Below are positions 12,295 through 25,255 of a stretch of 64,000 nucleotides of DNA, piece by piece. Each line of letters opens with the position of its first letter. Within the stretch, counting starts at the first letter, position 1. The DNA is from Octopus sinensis (Eukaryota): positions 47,368,001-47,432,000 of the forward strand of contig NC_042997.1 of NCBI RefSeq assembly GCF_006345805.1. The letters run 5' to 3'. The position numbers and the translations under genes are program-made. The notes beneath the pieces are model-generated. The model searched no databases, was not told the DNA's origin, and saw only the letters and a list, made by a program, of their open reading frames with translations.

Positions 12295-12714
12295 GAGTGA
12301 GAGAGCAGTGCCTGCCATCAAAGTGACACTGGAGTAAAATATACGAAGCCCACTATACCCATCTTGACTACCCGTCTGATAAGGGTACTCTAGGCACATG
12401 CATCACAACCATATGTGCACGACATGGTGATCTCATATCAAGATAAACAGTGGATGACCTTTCAGGTGGGACCCAGTTAGAATTTTCTTTAGGTCAAGGT
12501 GCCCATCCCACTCAAAATGTCCCTGATTAAGAGTTGTTTGAGGATGTTGAACGAAACACCCATGTTTCCAAAGTGAATTATCCAAACCTCCAAGAATTCC
12601 TCTCAACACATGGCTATGATGCTCTCCCACAACTTCGCCAGCCACTAAGGGACATGATCAACTGTTTAAGGTCAAACTATTGACAAGCAAATATGTGGTA
12701 TTGAACAGAATATT
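12295..12714 (-). mobile_element. Repeat family H copy, (TAA)n-tailed
   Basis: Reverse complement of 259-688. Confidence 0.75.
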
Positions 12715-12765
12715 ATTATTATTATTGTTGTTGTTGCTTTTGTTATTATTGTTATTATTATTATT

Positions 12766-13140
12766 CAGTAGTTTTATTTTTATAGCGTGCTTTCACTTCA
12801 CTACCGAGCGCAGCTCTGTGTGCCTTGGGTATGTGCTGTGATTTGTTGTGATGCTCTGATGGTTATTGTATGGAAAGTGTTCTGCGTAGGATGTGTGCAG
12901 GGCCTAGTAGTGCAATTTTCTGTATGTTATATGTGTTTGTAAGTCCTGGTGTTTTTGTTATGTATTTGTCTGAATATTTTTTTATCATGCCTAATGCACC
13001 TACTATGATAGGAATTGTTTCTGTTTTCAGATTCCACATTTTAGTTATCTCTATTTCCAGGTCTTTGTATTTTGAGAGTTTCTCCATTTCTTTTAGAGAC
13101 ACGTTGTCATCAGCCGGTGTTGATACATCAATTAGAAAGC

Positions 13141-13143
<3 letters not shown>
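12766..13143 (-). mobile_element. R4/Dong-like 3' fragment, family beta (copy 1)
   Basis: FLIDVSTPADDNVSLKEMEKLSKYKDLEIEITKMWNLKTETIPIIVGALG..HILRRTLSIQ*; 3'UTR shared with 13974-14070. Confidence 0.9.
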
Positions 13144-13195
<52 letters not shown>

Positions 13196-13223
13196 TATTA
13201 TTATTATATTATTATTATTATTA

Positions 13224-13400
13224 TTTTCCTTTTATCTCAGGTTTTGTTGTAACTCCTGGACTCTTGCGTGCATAGCGACCTTGCTCCTTGCAGCCTACAG
13301 TACTATGCTATCTGTTCTTTTCAACTAATACTTTCCTGACAATTCTGGCATACCAAGGAGGCAAACCTTATATAATTGTTCTACTGGGCATTCTATTCTA
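13224..13400 (-). mobile_element. R4/Dong-like extreme 3' fragment, family delta
   Basis: EQLYKVCLLG(t)ARIVRKVLVEKNR* with one frameshift, distinct 3'UTR, (TAA)n tail. Confidence 0.7.
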
Positions 13401-13469
13401 CTTTCCATTTAATATTATAATTAATATGTTACTTCTCAGAGCTCTTGGTCATACATGCTCTGTTTGATT

Positions 13470-13725
13470 CTGTGAGAGCGAACAGCAGCCTGTTGTCAGA
13501 GGTCTCACAAGGACTCTTTCGGCAAACTTCTAACCATATTATCTGGATGTTAACTTGTCGTGGAAGACACGTAACACCCAAACTCTAAAATACTAGCTGT
13601 CTCCAATAGAGCAGTTTTGGGGCCTTCTCTCCCCTCGTCAATTGCAATTTCTCACACGTATTTCTCGAATCTGGTTGCTAGTGATCCTAGTGCCCCTACA
13701 ACTACTGGGATAACAGCTATTATTT
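13470..13725 (-). mobile_element. R4/Dong-like 3' fragment, family gamma
   Basis: IAVIPVVVGALGSLATRFEKYV*EIAID.. then frameshifted KTALLETASIL; distinct 3'UTR. Confidence 0.7.
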
Positions 13726-13740
13726 TTATTATTATTATCA

Positions 13741-13807
<67 letters not shown>

Positions 13808-13820
13808 TTTATTATTGTTA

Positions 13821-13857
<37 letters not shown>

Positions 13858-13884
13858 CATTTATTATTATTATTATTATTATTA

Positions 13885-13918
<34 letters not shown>

Positions 13919-13926
13919 CATTATTA

Positions 13927-13973
<47 letters not shown>

Positions 13974-13976
<3 letters not shown>

Positions 13977-14790
13977 TAGTACTATTTTTATAAAGTGCTT
14001 TCACTTCACTACCGAGTGTAGCTCTGTGTGCCTTGGGTATGCGCTGTGGTTTGCTGTGATGCTCTTGTTGTTACTGTATTGAAAGTGCTTTGCGTTGGAT
14101 GTGTGTATTGCTCATTAGTGTAATTTTATGTATGTTATATATATTTGTAAGTCCTGCTGTTTTTGTTATGTATTTATCTGAATATTTTTTCATCTTACCT
14201 AATGCAGCCACTATGATAGGAATTGTTTCTATCATAGATCCCACATTCTGGTTACCTCTATTTCCAGGTCTTTTGTATTTTGAAAGTTTCTCCATTTCTT
14301 TTAGAGAAACGTTGTCATATACTGGTATTGATACATCAATTAGAAAGCATTTTTTCTTCATGATCTCTGAAAACTATATCTGGTCTGTTGGCCTTAATTT
14401 CTCTGCGTGTATTGGCATATCGCAGAGTATGGTTGCTTTCTCGTTTTCTGTGACTTTTTCTGGTGTGTGCCTATACCATCTTTTTTTCTGTTGTTATTTC
14501 ATAATGTTGGCATAGCCTCCAGTGCATGTAGGTCCCAGCTCTGTTGTGTCTGTGAATATATTCCTTTTTAGCCAGGACTGTGCAGGCAGAGATAATAAGA
14601 TTTATTGTTTCTTGTTCATCTCCACATATTCTGCAGTTACTTGTCAATTTTTTTTTCCTATATGTTTTTTGGTAATTTATGGTGGGGAGACTTGTGCTGC
14701 AATTAAAAATCCTTCAGTCTCTACTTTGTGTCCTGAGCTTTTCAACCATTGCTGGAATTTTCTCTATTTCGTTTGCATTTAGTTTAGTCC

Positions 14791-14792
<2 letters not shown>
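13974..14792 (-). mobile_element. R4/Dong-like 3' fragment, family beta (copy 2), with zinc knuckle + RLE, frameshifted
   Basis: ETEGFLIAAQ..CRICGDEQETINLIISACTVLAKKEYIHRH..WRLCQHY..ANRPDIV..CFLIDVSIP..KLSKYK. Confidence 0.9.
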
Positions 14793-14824
<32 letters not shown>

Positions 14825-14850
14825 TATTATTATTATTATTATTATTGTTA

Positions 14851-14953
14851 GGTGAACTGGCAGAATCGTTAGCACGTCGGGCAAAATATTCGCAACATTT
14901 CGTCCATCTTAACGTTCCAAGTTCAAATTCTGGTGAGGTCGACTTCACCCTTC
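14851..14953 (+). mobile_element. SINE family A 5' fragment
   Basis: ggtgaactggcagaatcgttagc..gttcaaattctggtgaggtcgact. Confidence 0.75.
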
Positions 14954-15423
14954 TGTAGTAATAGTATTACTATCAGTAGCAGCAGTTGTTTATTTTTTGC
15001 TTTTGTCGTAGAGGCCGGGCTGGTTGTGGCTTTGGCGGTGGTGATAGTAATGAATGTATTGTTTTGCAGATGTTTTTAATCTTGATGGCATTAGGCATTA
15101 ACTTTGTGATGTTCGGTTTGCTGTTGAAGCTATTAATAATAAGGCGACCCTGACGTCATTGTGCTTCATTTATAATACATTAATATGGTTGAAGAAATGA
15201 ATTGTTGGAAAGATAAATAAGTACTCAACATACACACACGCGATGATGAGAGAGGAAGAGATGGAACGAGAAAGAAAAGTTTATATAGATTAAGATAAAT
15301 ATACGAAAACTATATGTATAAAGGGGGAAAAGAGTGGAAGCTAGAGAGAAGAGGAGAAGAAGACATGATGAACAGAACTAGATGGGAAGGATATGTTTTC
15401 TAGATATGTCTATACATTCACTT

Positions 15424-15600
<177 letters not shown>

Positions 15601-16371
15601 CGGTGGAGTTATATGTGTATGTGCATACATATTCATTGACACACACATACACATTTACACACAGTAGTTGTGAAGATATAAATTCGCATGTGTCAGTCTA
15701 TGTATGAGAGAATGAGAAAGAGAAGAGAAGTGGAGGAGGGAGAGGATGAAACCAAAAGGATGAAAGGATAAATGTAACAGTTTATCATTCAGAAAGATTA
15801 GTTTTGCCTGAGCCTAAAAAAGAAGCCTATTTTACGCTATAATATTTAATTTTACATGTTTGCATTATCTTTATGCTGTCGTACTTCCGAAGTTGGAGAG
15901 TGAATTTTAATGGTTGAATAGGAAGCAAATCGAATGTCATATGTCAAATTTAGACGGATCTAGTATAGTTTGACGTATCTTATAGAGGATTTGGTTGAAT
16001 TTACGAAGATAGTTCTTTGATAAACGTCAATACTTTCATTATATTGACTTCACAACTACAAACATTAGTATCAATATTTGCAATGGCTGATCCTATTCGA
16101 GTTTCTGAATAGGAAATTAAGAAAGCAATAAGGAGGTAGAGTAGTTGCAAGAGTGAACTTGCTCGGCACTGGCATACATTCTAAACACCCAAAAGAACAC
16201 ACTCGATATTCTGATAACATGAATTCAGCAGAAACTAAAACAACACATGAGAAACAAAACTTCCACGAAGATAATAAATCAGAACGTTTACTCTGAAATA
16301 ATGGTATTTTGGTTTAAATTGGAAACTTGATGCATAGAATATTGCATTCAGCAGAAACTTGAAACTATTGG

Positions 16372-16519
16372 CCGCCGAGGTCGACTTTGCCTTTCATCCT
16401 TTCGGGGTCGATTAAATAAGTACCAGTTACGCATTGGGGTCGATATAATCGACTTAATCCCTTAGTCTGTCCTTGTTTGTCTCCTCTGTGTTTAGCCCCT
16501 TGTGGGCAGTAAAGAAATT
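16372..16519 (+). mobile_element. 5'-truncated SINE family A with 19-bp target-site duplication
   Basis: TSD agaaacttgaaactattgg at 16353-16371 and 16520-16538. Confidence 0.92.
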
Positions 16520-16564
16520 AGAAACTTGAAACTATTGGTTTCAAATGGAACAAGACCATTCATT

Positions 16565-16736
16565 CCGGAGGAGGATGTAAAGACTCCCAGTGCTCATATG
16601 GTACTCATTTTATCGACCCAGGAAGGATGATATGTAAAGTCGACCGTGGCGAAATTTGAACTCTGAACATAAAGATAGACGTAATGCCGTTAAGTGTGTT
16701 ACCAGGCGCGCTTCCTATTTTGCCAGCTCGCCGCCT
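16565..16736 (-). mobile_element. SINE family A, diverged
   Basis: ggtactcattttatcgaccc..gtcgacc..atttgaactc..tgccagctcgccgcc. Confidence 0.8.
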
Positions 16737-17249
16737 ACAGCATGGAAATATTAGAAAATCTCCTGATGCTCTCACACTCGTGATTTATTCGTCTATGATA
16801 TTATAATAAATGATGACACGCTATTGAATTAAACAATATAACTATTTTAAGATATTCACATTCATTGCATTACATTACAATACCAACACAACGCTATCCT
16901 CAGCAAATGAAAAGTTTTAAAACGAACGCTAAACCATTATCAAGCATTTTAAAATTTAATATATATATATATTCGACACCACAATGCGTTAAAATTATGA
17001 ATTCTTTTTCAATTTAATTTGAAGTTATTTGCCTCAGAGGACAAACATAACTTATGCGTGTATGTATATGCGTGTTTGTGTAAACAACCAAAATATAACA
17101 CGTTTGATAAATTTGATAAATTCAATTTTTATTTTCGTACACTCAACAGATCGAGGCTAAGTCTATCTTAATGCTAATTGCAGTTAGTGAATTTAATGGA
17201 ACAATGACGAACTGTATCTTCGCACGAAAACGATATATATATATATATG

Positions 17250-17284
<35 letters not shown>

Positions 17285-17608
17285 GTGTGTGTGTGTATTT
17301 GGTGAGAGAGAGAGAGAGAGAAAGAAACATTTATTGTGATATTATATAACAATTTTGGAACTGTTAAAACATTCAAGACATATGAAATACTTTACTATCA
17401 AACAACATTCAAATAACGGGAATAAATTAATGAGTAATATATGACTTTGTTTACAATTATCAATACGTATATTAGTAAGTATGTAGAGACTTACTGTGAA
17501 TATTATGCCTTAACTATGTGGGTCGAATTTGAACCTACACTCCTAGTTGTATGTATTTCCTTCGCATTACTTTTCGGTTAACGTACAATGACGATATTGT
17601 ATAATTAA

Positions 17609-17942
17609 CTAGCAGTATCGCCCGGCCTTGCTCGGGTTTGTAAGGGAAATAACTATAAAGCATTTTTAGAGAGTTATAGCCAAAAAACAGCAAAAAATGC
17701 ATTAAAAATGGAAAAAAAATTATGGTAAATTTTTTTTTAAATCGTTGACTCATCGTAGACATTTTTAGAGAGTTACTTCCCTTTATTTAAAAAATATGCT
17801 TTAAAATGGAAAAAATTATGGTAAATTATTTTTAAAATCGTAGACTCATCGTAGACGCGCGCTAATACCCAGAAGGGCTCGATATGAATCACGACTATAA
17901 GATACCCGGACACTCACACAACTTCACTTTTATATATATAGA
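17609..17942 (-). mobile_element. Non-autonomous Helitron (334 bp)
   Basis: On the minus strand A|TCTATATATATAAAA .. hairpin CCCGAGCAAGGCCGGG .. CTAG|T; no TSD; internal ~100-bp tandem duplication 17661-17856. Confidence 0.85.
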
Positions 17943-18554
17943 TGTCATGTGTGTTCAGATTTCAATTATATATTCTATTGTGCTCAATAGAACTAGTAAC
18001 CATTGAATAACTTTGAGCAAGAAATTTCAAGCCACTGATTCCATTTATTACTTTTGTATGCAGGATTGATGCACAGTTATAGATTTGACTAGATTATTTG
18101 ATTCGAGATATTAAACAAATTAATAACATTTTAATGTTCAAAAACGTTTACCTTCCAGCTGATTCATTCTTCAGCTATCACCCTAAGAAACAGTAGTGAA
18201 AGTGATCTTCAGGCTCTTGACACTAGACGTCGGTTTACTGAAAGTATTTGGAACTATTAGTCATACTATTATCCTTGCATAAGTCAGTAAAGTATTGCTG
18301 ATTTAAAAAAAATTTCATTAGATATTTCAGATGATCCTGTTCTCAGTTCCTCTATTTTCAGCCTTTTATTTCCGTGAGAAGTCTATTAATTTCTGTACTC
18401 CTACTGCTCTCCCCCCTCTCTCTCTCTTTCTCTCGCTCCCTCTCTCCCTATCTGTCTGTCTCTCTCTCTCTCAAGCACATCATGGCTTCTAAATTTGGAT
18501 GAAATGAAGGAAAAGGCAGTCCGTCGCATAAAATGCAATATTCATTTCTACTCT

Positions 18555-18707
18555 AGTCACAAGGCCTGAAGTTTTGGGGAAGGGTGTGAGTCGATTAGAT
18601 CGACCTCAGTACACAACTGGTATTTAATTTATCAACTCCGAAGGGGTCAAAAGCAAAGACGACCTTTAAAGACAATTTAAAAACAGAACTTAAAGACAGA
18701 CGAAATA
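18555..18707 (-). mobile_element. SINE family A, diverged partial
   Basis: agtcgattagatcgacc..actggtatttaatttatcaactccgaag. Confidence 0.7.
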
Positions 18708-18938
18708 TCTATTTCTTTATTACCCACAAGGGGCTAAATATTAGCGGGGACAAACAAAGACAGACATAGGTATTAAGTCGATTATATCGACCCCAGTGCG
18801 TTGGTACTTAATTTATAGACCCCGAACGGATGAAAGGCAAAGTCGACCTCGGCGGAATTTGAACTCACAATGTAACGACAGACGAAATACCGCGAAGCAT
18901 TTCACCCGGCGCGCTAACGTTTCTGCTAGCTCACCGCC
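18708..18938 (-). mobile_element. SINE family A, full length
   Basis: Reverse complement of 7122-type consensus throughout. Confidence 0.9.
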
Positions 18939-18968
18939 TTATAAAATACCATTATTGTCACATTAATT

Positions 18969-19076
18969 AAGGCGCTGAGCGTTATTGAGCCGGACCAAAA
19001 ACTTAACGGCATTTTTTCCGACTTAACGTTCTGAGTTCAAATTCCACCGCGGATGACTTTGTGCCAACATTTGAAA
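18969..19076 (+). mobile_element. SINE family A head only, flanked by a 16-bp direct repeat
   Basis: tattgtcacattaatt at 18953-18968 and 19077-19092; B-box-like gttctgagttcaaattcc. Confidence 0.7.
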
Positions 19077-19914
19077 TATTGTCACATTAATTGTTTCTAT
19101 GTTCTGTGTTGAAATCATTCAAAATGGTCTCAGTTTTCCATTTCGACTAAAATAAATAATTATTCATGCGAAATAGTTCTTATTTCTTTCGTGTATACTT
19201 TATGGCTGAGAAATATCAGAAGCGAGTATCTAATGACTTGATCGGTTATTTATATATCCCAATCGGAAAGAAAGGAAGAGTTAAACATAATCTAGGCGCT
19301 CTTTAATGTAATAAAATATTAAAATAGATATGCTATACTTAAAATATACAAGAATATTAAAAATGTTTTCTCTTGTCAAATATATCAATTGTTCCTAAAA
19401 TTAAAATATTTAATCTTATGCAGAGAAAAATAATCATTTAAAATATTAAGTGAGATACAACTGTGTATATTTGGGATAAATCATATAGTGCAGAACTTAT
19501 GTGAGACAAATTTTCCGAATAAAAATTTTTCAGGCACCACACCGATAATTGCTAAATACTTCCCCAATGTATACTGTACTTCTTTAACCTAGAATACAGC
19601 TGTATACCTGTCATTCTCTTCAGCTCAGTGACTCAAACATGAATGATTAAAGTACTGACTGAACTATTTATTATTTACCTTCTAGAGTCACCTCTTTCTC
19701 TCCTTAAACTATTAAATAACTAACACAATGTATAGCCTAACATAGAATAGGCATTGGTTACACTTATACATATATTTGTCTATATTTTATTTCGTTAGCT
19801 GGTAAATTTATAGAACGTCATACGAAACGACTTTCAAATGAAAAGTAACGCCCCTACATTGTTATGAGTTCGAAGAATTATGTCAGAAATAATAAAGTAT
19901 CATAAAAGAACTAA

Positions 19915-20046
19915 GGCACTGAGCTAGCTGAGTCACAAGCTAAATGGCACTTCTTCCATATTTACGTTCTGACTTCAAATTCTGCCGAGGTCGACTCTGC
20001 CTTTCACCTCTTCGGAGATCGATTAAATAAATACCAGTTGAGTACC
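19915..20046 (+). mobile_element. SINE family A, diverged partial
   Basis: gttctgacttcaaattctgccgaggtcgactctgcctttcacc. Confidence 0.75.
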
Positions 20047-20088
20047 ATGCGACAGAACCCTGTTAACATAGAGCTATTAGTGGCAATA

Positions 20089-20469
20089 GAGGCGCAATGG
20101 CCCAGTGGTTAGGGCAGCGGACTCGCGGTCATAGGATCGCGGTTTCGATTCCCAGACCGGGCGTTGTGAGTGTTTATTGAGCGAAAACACCTAAAGCTCC
20201 ACGAGGCTCCGGCAGGGGATGGTGGTGATCCCTGCTGTACTCTTTCACCACAACTTTCTCTCACTCTTACTTCCTGTTTCTGTTGTACCTGTATCTCAAA
20301 GGGCCGGCCTTGTCACTCTCTGTGTCACGCTGAATATCCCCGAGAACTACGTTAAGGGTACACGTGTCTGTGGAGTGATCAGCCACTTACACGTTAATTT
20401 CACGAGCAGGCTGTTCCGTTGATTCGGATAAACCGGAACCCTCGTCGTCGTAACCGACGGAGTGCTTCC
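20089..20469 (+). mobile_element. tRNA(Arg)-like SINE family C, full length with 13-bp TSD
   Basis: A box tggcccagtggtt, B box ggtttcgattcc, anticodon-like TCG; TSD attagtggcaata 20076-20088 and 20470-20482. Confidence 0.9.
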
Positions 20470-20868
20470 ATTAGTGGCAATAAATCATTTCTTTGTAAGG
20501 AAAATTCATTGATTGAAGGCTAAAAAGGTGTAACTCGAAACAACTTTAATTGAGGTATACCTGCATTTTCTTACAACTCTGCTGCTTTCTGTCTGACTAT
20601 ATTATATCTTATTTTCTTAATTTCACAAAAATGATGGAACAACCCATTGGCATGTATTGACGCCCTGCTCAAATCCCTCCGAGATTAGTAGCAGTCTTTC
20701 ATCTTACCATGGTACATGAAGTCAATAACACCAAACTATAGGGCCAAATTAAACCATTCACACATCTTAACCATACGTTAGATATTATATTGTATCATAA
20801 TAAGACGTATATGAACAGAAAAACATAGTTTAAAATTTATTATAAGGTAGTACATATATATTCGAGTA

Positions 20869-20904
<36 letters not shown>

Positions 20905-20994
20905 AAGAACATATATATATATATATATATATATAGATGAAACCATAGCGACTCAAGAAGGGATTTTTTCTTTGTGTTAATTGTCCTGTACTCT

Positions 20995-21162
20995 ATTTTT
21001 TGTTGTTTAAAAAATGTCCAGTTCCTTTGGTTTGTGTCTATGTTTTCGTTTCTCATTGTGGTCGACGTCTTTTTGGTGTCTTGTACTCATATATGCGTGT
21101 ATATGTACATGTTGAGGTAGGTACGTACATATATGTTTATATATATGCATATGTTTTATTTA

Positions 21163-21175
<13 letters not shown>
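20995..21175 (+). repeat. Interspersed repeat family F
   Basis: Matches the inner arms of the 33.9-34.7 kb palindrome (gttgtttaaaaaatgtcc..gttttcgtttctcattgtg..ggtaggtacgtacatat). Confidence 0.8.
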
Positions 21176-21196
<21 letters not shown>

Positions 21197-21645
21197 TGTA
21201 TGCACGCGTGTGCTGCTGTGTGCGTATGGAAATGTACAAGTGAATTCTCTTCCCCACAGTGATTTCTTGTATTATGCTTAAATGTGAACTTGTCCGACTC
21301 TAAACTTTTATTGTGCTGTTAAATTGATAACTGGGGAATGAATTTAAGATAAAAGAAATCCCTTCGTGTAGCTTCTTCCCTATCAGTTTTGACTACAGAC
21401 GATTACAGAATGATATCTGACTCAGGAGAGGTTATATCATGATGAAATAGCGATAAGCTAACAAGCATTGTTATTTATTTAACGTTGTATTATCCATCAT
21501 TTGTTCATACTTTTATTACCGAGTTTACTTTTGATTATTATCCGCTTTCTTATAATATTCTACATCACACATGTTGTTTGCACACATATAGATTGAGTTA
21601 CGCACGCTTGCTCAAACACAGACATAATACGTTATGTGTGTGTGC

Positions 21646-21680
<35 letters not shown>

Positions 21681-21725
21681 GTATGTATATATATATATAT
21701 GTGTGTTGTGTGTGTGGTGTGTATG

Positions 21726-21775
<50 letters not shown>

Positions 21776-21803
21776 TTTTATATATATTATGAGGTATTAT
21801 ATG

Positions 21804-21836
<33 letters not shown>

Positions 21837-22494
21837 ATATGATATATGTATGTATGTATATTCACAGACTGGTAGAGGTGGTGTTGAATGCGTTTATGCG
21901 TATGCGCGACTATGTGTGTGATTCAATAAAGCGAAAATGATAACTGTATTTTCATAAGTTCCATACTTATTTTCCTAAACTCAAAATAGATTTATTTTGC
22001 CTCGGAATGTTGTTTACATATGCTGTTGTTAGATCAGGTAATGTGGGTGGTCGAGGAACGATTTCAGGATTTCCGACTGGTAGCTAAGGAAAGAAAAAAA
22101 AAGGGAAACCAAGCTCATTCAAGAGAGAAATTAACTGGAGATGAAACATGTTCTCTACCATGATTCACTATAGCCTATGGATAAGGTGACGAATATTTCT
22201 TTTATTCAGATGATAAGAATGTATATCATACAATTTGCTTTTTTGCAGTTGCTTTATAACTAGGTTTTATAGATTATGCTTTAGCAGCTATCGTTATTAG
22301 AGTGGAGAAAGTTAAAAGATATCAGTGAGCCGCGAAAGCAATACGGTTTCAATTATAGCCTGCATACACTTCCTTTTAAGAAACTTATGAATGCCACAAG
22401 ATTTGATACTTTTGCGTATTTTACTGATGAAAGAGTTTTATTAGTTCTAGTGTGTTGTGTCTTGTAATTCATCAAACATAAGCACACGTATATA

Positions 22495-22560
<66 letters not shown>

Positions 22561-25190
22561 TATCATGTTAATTTGTCAATGTTTTTTATGTAAATAAATT
22601 ACTTATGATCAACGCAACTAAAGTACATTATGCTGGTGACAAGGTGTGTAAACAACAATCTGTTGTAGCCAGGGTCTTCTTTCTATTACCCACGTTTGCC
22701 AAATAGTAAATAAATATAATACCTATGCACAAACTTGATAATAATAAATAGTAGATCTGTAGGCGATATGTTAGTTGCAATGGACACATAGGAAGACGTC
22801 ACGAAATTGAAGAAAAACATAGAGAACAACTCACTTATGACATTTCGCATGCTAAACTACTAAGGCGAAACATTTCTAGATATAAACACTCAGATTAAAA
22901 ACCAATCGATACATGACGCCAGTATCGATACATGAAGCCAGTAATGCATATACGAATACGTACACCTACACACAGACAGTAGATACGCAAATAATTACTG
23001 AAATTTCAGTGGTAAAATTACTAGTTAAGGGAGAATTTATAAATGAAGAACGAGATAAAGCCATCCACAGGATAAAACAAACGCTAATTAGCAACGTATA
23101 TTGAGGCTACTAGACCAAGCTACTAATGAGTATAGACTGAGATAAAAGACGAGAAATACTTTAAACAGTACCCCTATTAAAAATACACGTATTACACACA
23201 ATGTGTGTTATATGAATAAAGCGCATGCCAGGAATAGAAGAAGGAAACAATAAAAAAAATCTCTCATAAACCCGAAGAGAAAACGCGTCACGCTAACCCA
23301 TAATGTAAGGCTAATAACACATTGCAAAAACAATAAAATCTAAAGCCTCCTTATCAACAACACGTCAGCAGCTTGTATACTCGGGAATAAGCTACAAATG
23401 ATCACTGTATGATACAAATTTGCCAGTAAAAATAAAAATTACTAACTTCAAGATACTAGTTGTTACTTTTACCAGACATCATAATCATCTAGGTATGATG
23501 CAGAAAGACAATGAAGTTTATTACATACATGCATACATACATACATACATACATACATACATACATACATACATACATACATACATACATACATACAAAC
23601 AGGCAGACATACGTACTTTGTGGCTGCCAACTAGCAGACGTGTATGTTAAATTATATTATCGTAGATATTTAAGAAAATGCCAGTCAATAATTTCCGTAC
23701 TGAAATTGAAAGTCAATAAAAGCTTGCGCAGCATCACAAAATACTCTTACCTACAGAGCTAAGTAGTCCAGAAACAAGCAAGGACAAGATTTCCGGCTTC
23801 GCAATGGGGTGGGTATTATTTATAGGTATCTTATTCCCAGCTGTTGGATGGCCGTCGACTCAACTGCATTCATCCATTCTATGACAGCATTTTTGTTTCA
23901 TCCAGGATGGTGTCCAACGAACATCAATCTCTTCACCAAGCATATGTACAATACACACATCTAGGTTCTTCAGAAAAAAAACCCAGCTAACACAACCCAT
24001 TGAATGCAATTTGTAAAATGAGCAGCAAAAATATGGAAGAAATTTCTGAAGTTCCAGACGTGATATTGCTTTTCTTATCTACAATCCGACGATAAAACTT
24101 TGTACTTTCGTTAGAAACCTGCTCCTTCCTTAAAGGAAGACTTCAAATAATTTAAAATGGAAGAGAACATACATAACATACGCACTCACACAACACACAC
24201 ACTCACACGTGTGTGTGTGTGTGTGTGTGTACATACGGAAAGAGAGGGACAGGAGAGAAAAGAGAGAGAGAGAGGATGGGAGAGATAGAAATATATTCCG
24301 AGAAACGACGAGAGAACAAATGAGTTCGAGTGAAATATTTGAAAACTAAATGAAGGAAATGATTTAGGTTATGTCGTTTAATACGTGTGCGTTGCCGTTC
24401 TAAAATATAGATTAGAGGTTGTTATATTAGAAGTGTTGACACTAATCAATTCCATTAATGTGACAGTTCCCTGTCAACGCAGAGATAATCGTGACATTAA
24501 TTCATTGTTTGTTAGTGTAATTCAGTAAGAGCTATTTCTTTACTACTTCACCGCCTTCTGTCTGTCTTACAGATGTTCTGCTAATTTGTTGTAACATTTA
24601 TGATTATATCTTTGGACTTCCAACCATTCTATCACATATCCATTACTTTTGCATTTGCTATTTCTTTCATTAGTTCTCCTTTTCTCTTCGTATTTTTTTC
24701 TCTCGTTCTCCGTTCGTACGTTTCCTCTCTTTTCCCGTTTCACTTACTATTCCCCTTTAATTCAGTACAGAACACCAAAAATTTGTGAACGGTGGTGAAT
24801 TGTCTCGTTAATTGAATATAGTATATTACATTTATACATTTAATTGTCATGACTTCTACAAAAGATATAAACCGTAGAAAGTCTCAATTTTACCAAAAGC
24901 ATAAAGCTGAAACTAAATGACTTAAAGTATGTAGTTTATATGTTGTGAACCATCACCAAAGCTCTTTATACGCACGCATATTTATTACGGAACAGATGAT
25001 GGTAGCCTTGTGAGGCTAACGTTATGATCAGATTTTGTTGGAGAATCGTATGCTTGCAATAATGGTTTAGTTGGGCACCTCCTTGGATGTGTCTGGATGA
25101 AAGAGTGATGTATAGGGAAGAGGGTGTGAGTGAGTAAATAGGTATGTCACATGCTGTGGTTGAATTTGATAAATGGGTATTGCAGAATGT

Positions 25191-25255
25191 TCTGCCTAGA
25201 TATCAATCTGCCTAGTTATCAATCTGCCAAGTTATCAATCTGCCTAGTTATCAAT
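25191..25255. repeat. 16-bp minisatellite (TATCAATCTGCCTAGT) x~4
   Basis: direct reading. Confidence 0.9.

Noticed and set aside
20089-20165. tRNA-Arg-like sequence (and similar heads at 45388, 44470, 7122)
   Set aside because: Imperfect cloverleaf and continuous with multicopy SINE bodies and TSDs; SINE heads rather than tRNA genes.
25191-25255. CRISPR-like or iteron-like array
   Set aside because: Contiguous 16-bp tandem repeat with no spacers in eukaryotic context; an ordinary minisatellite.
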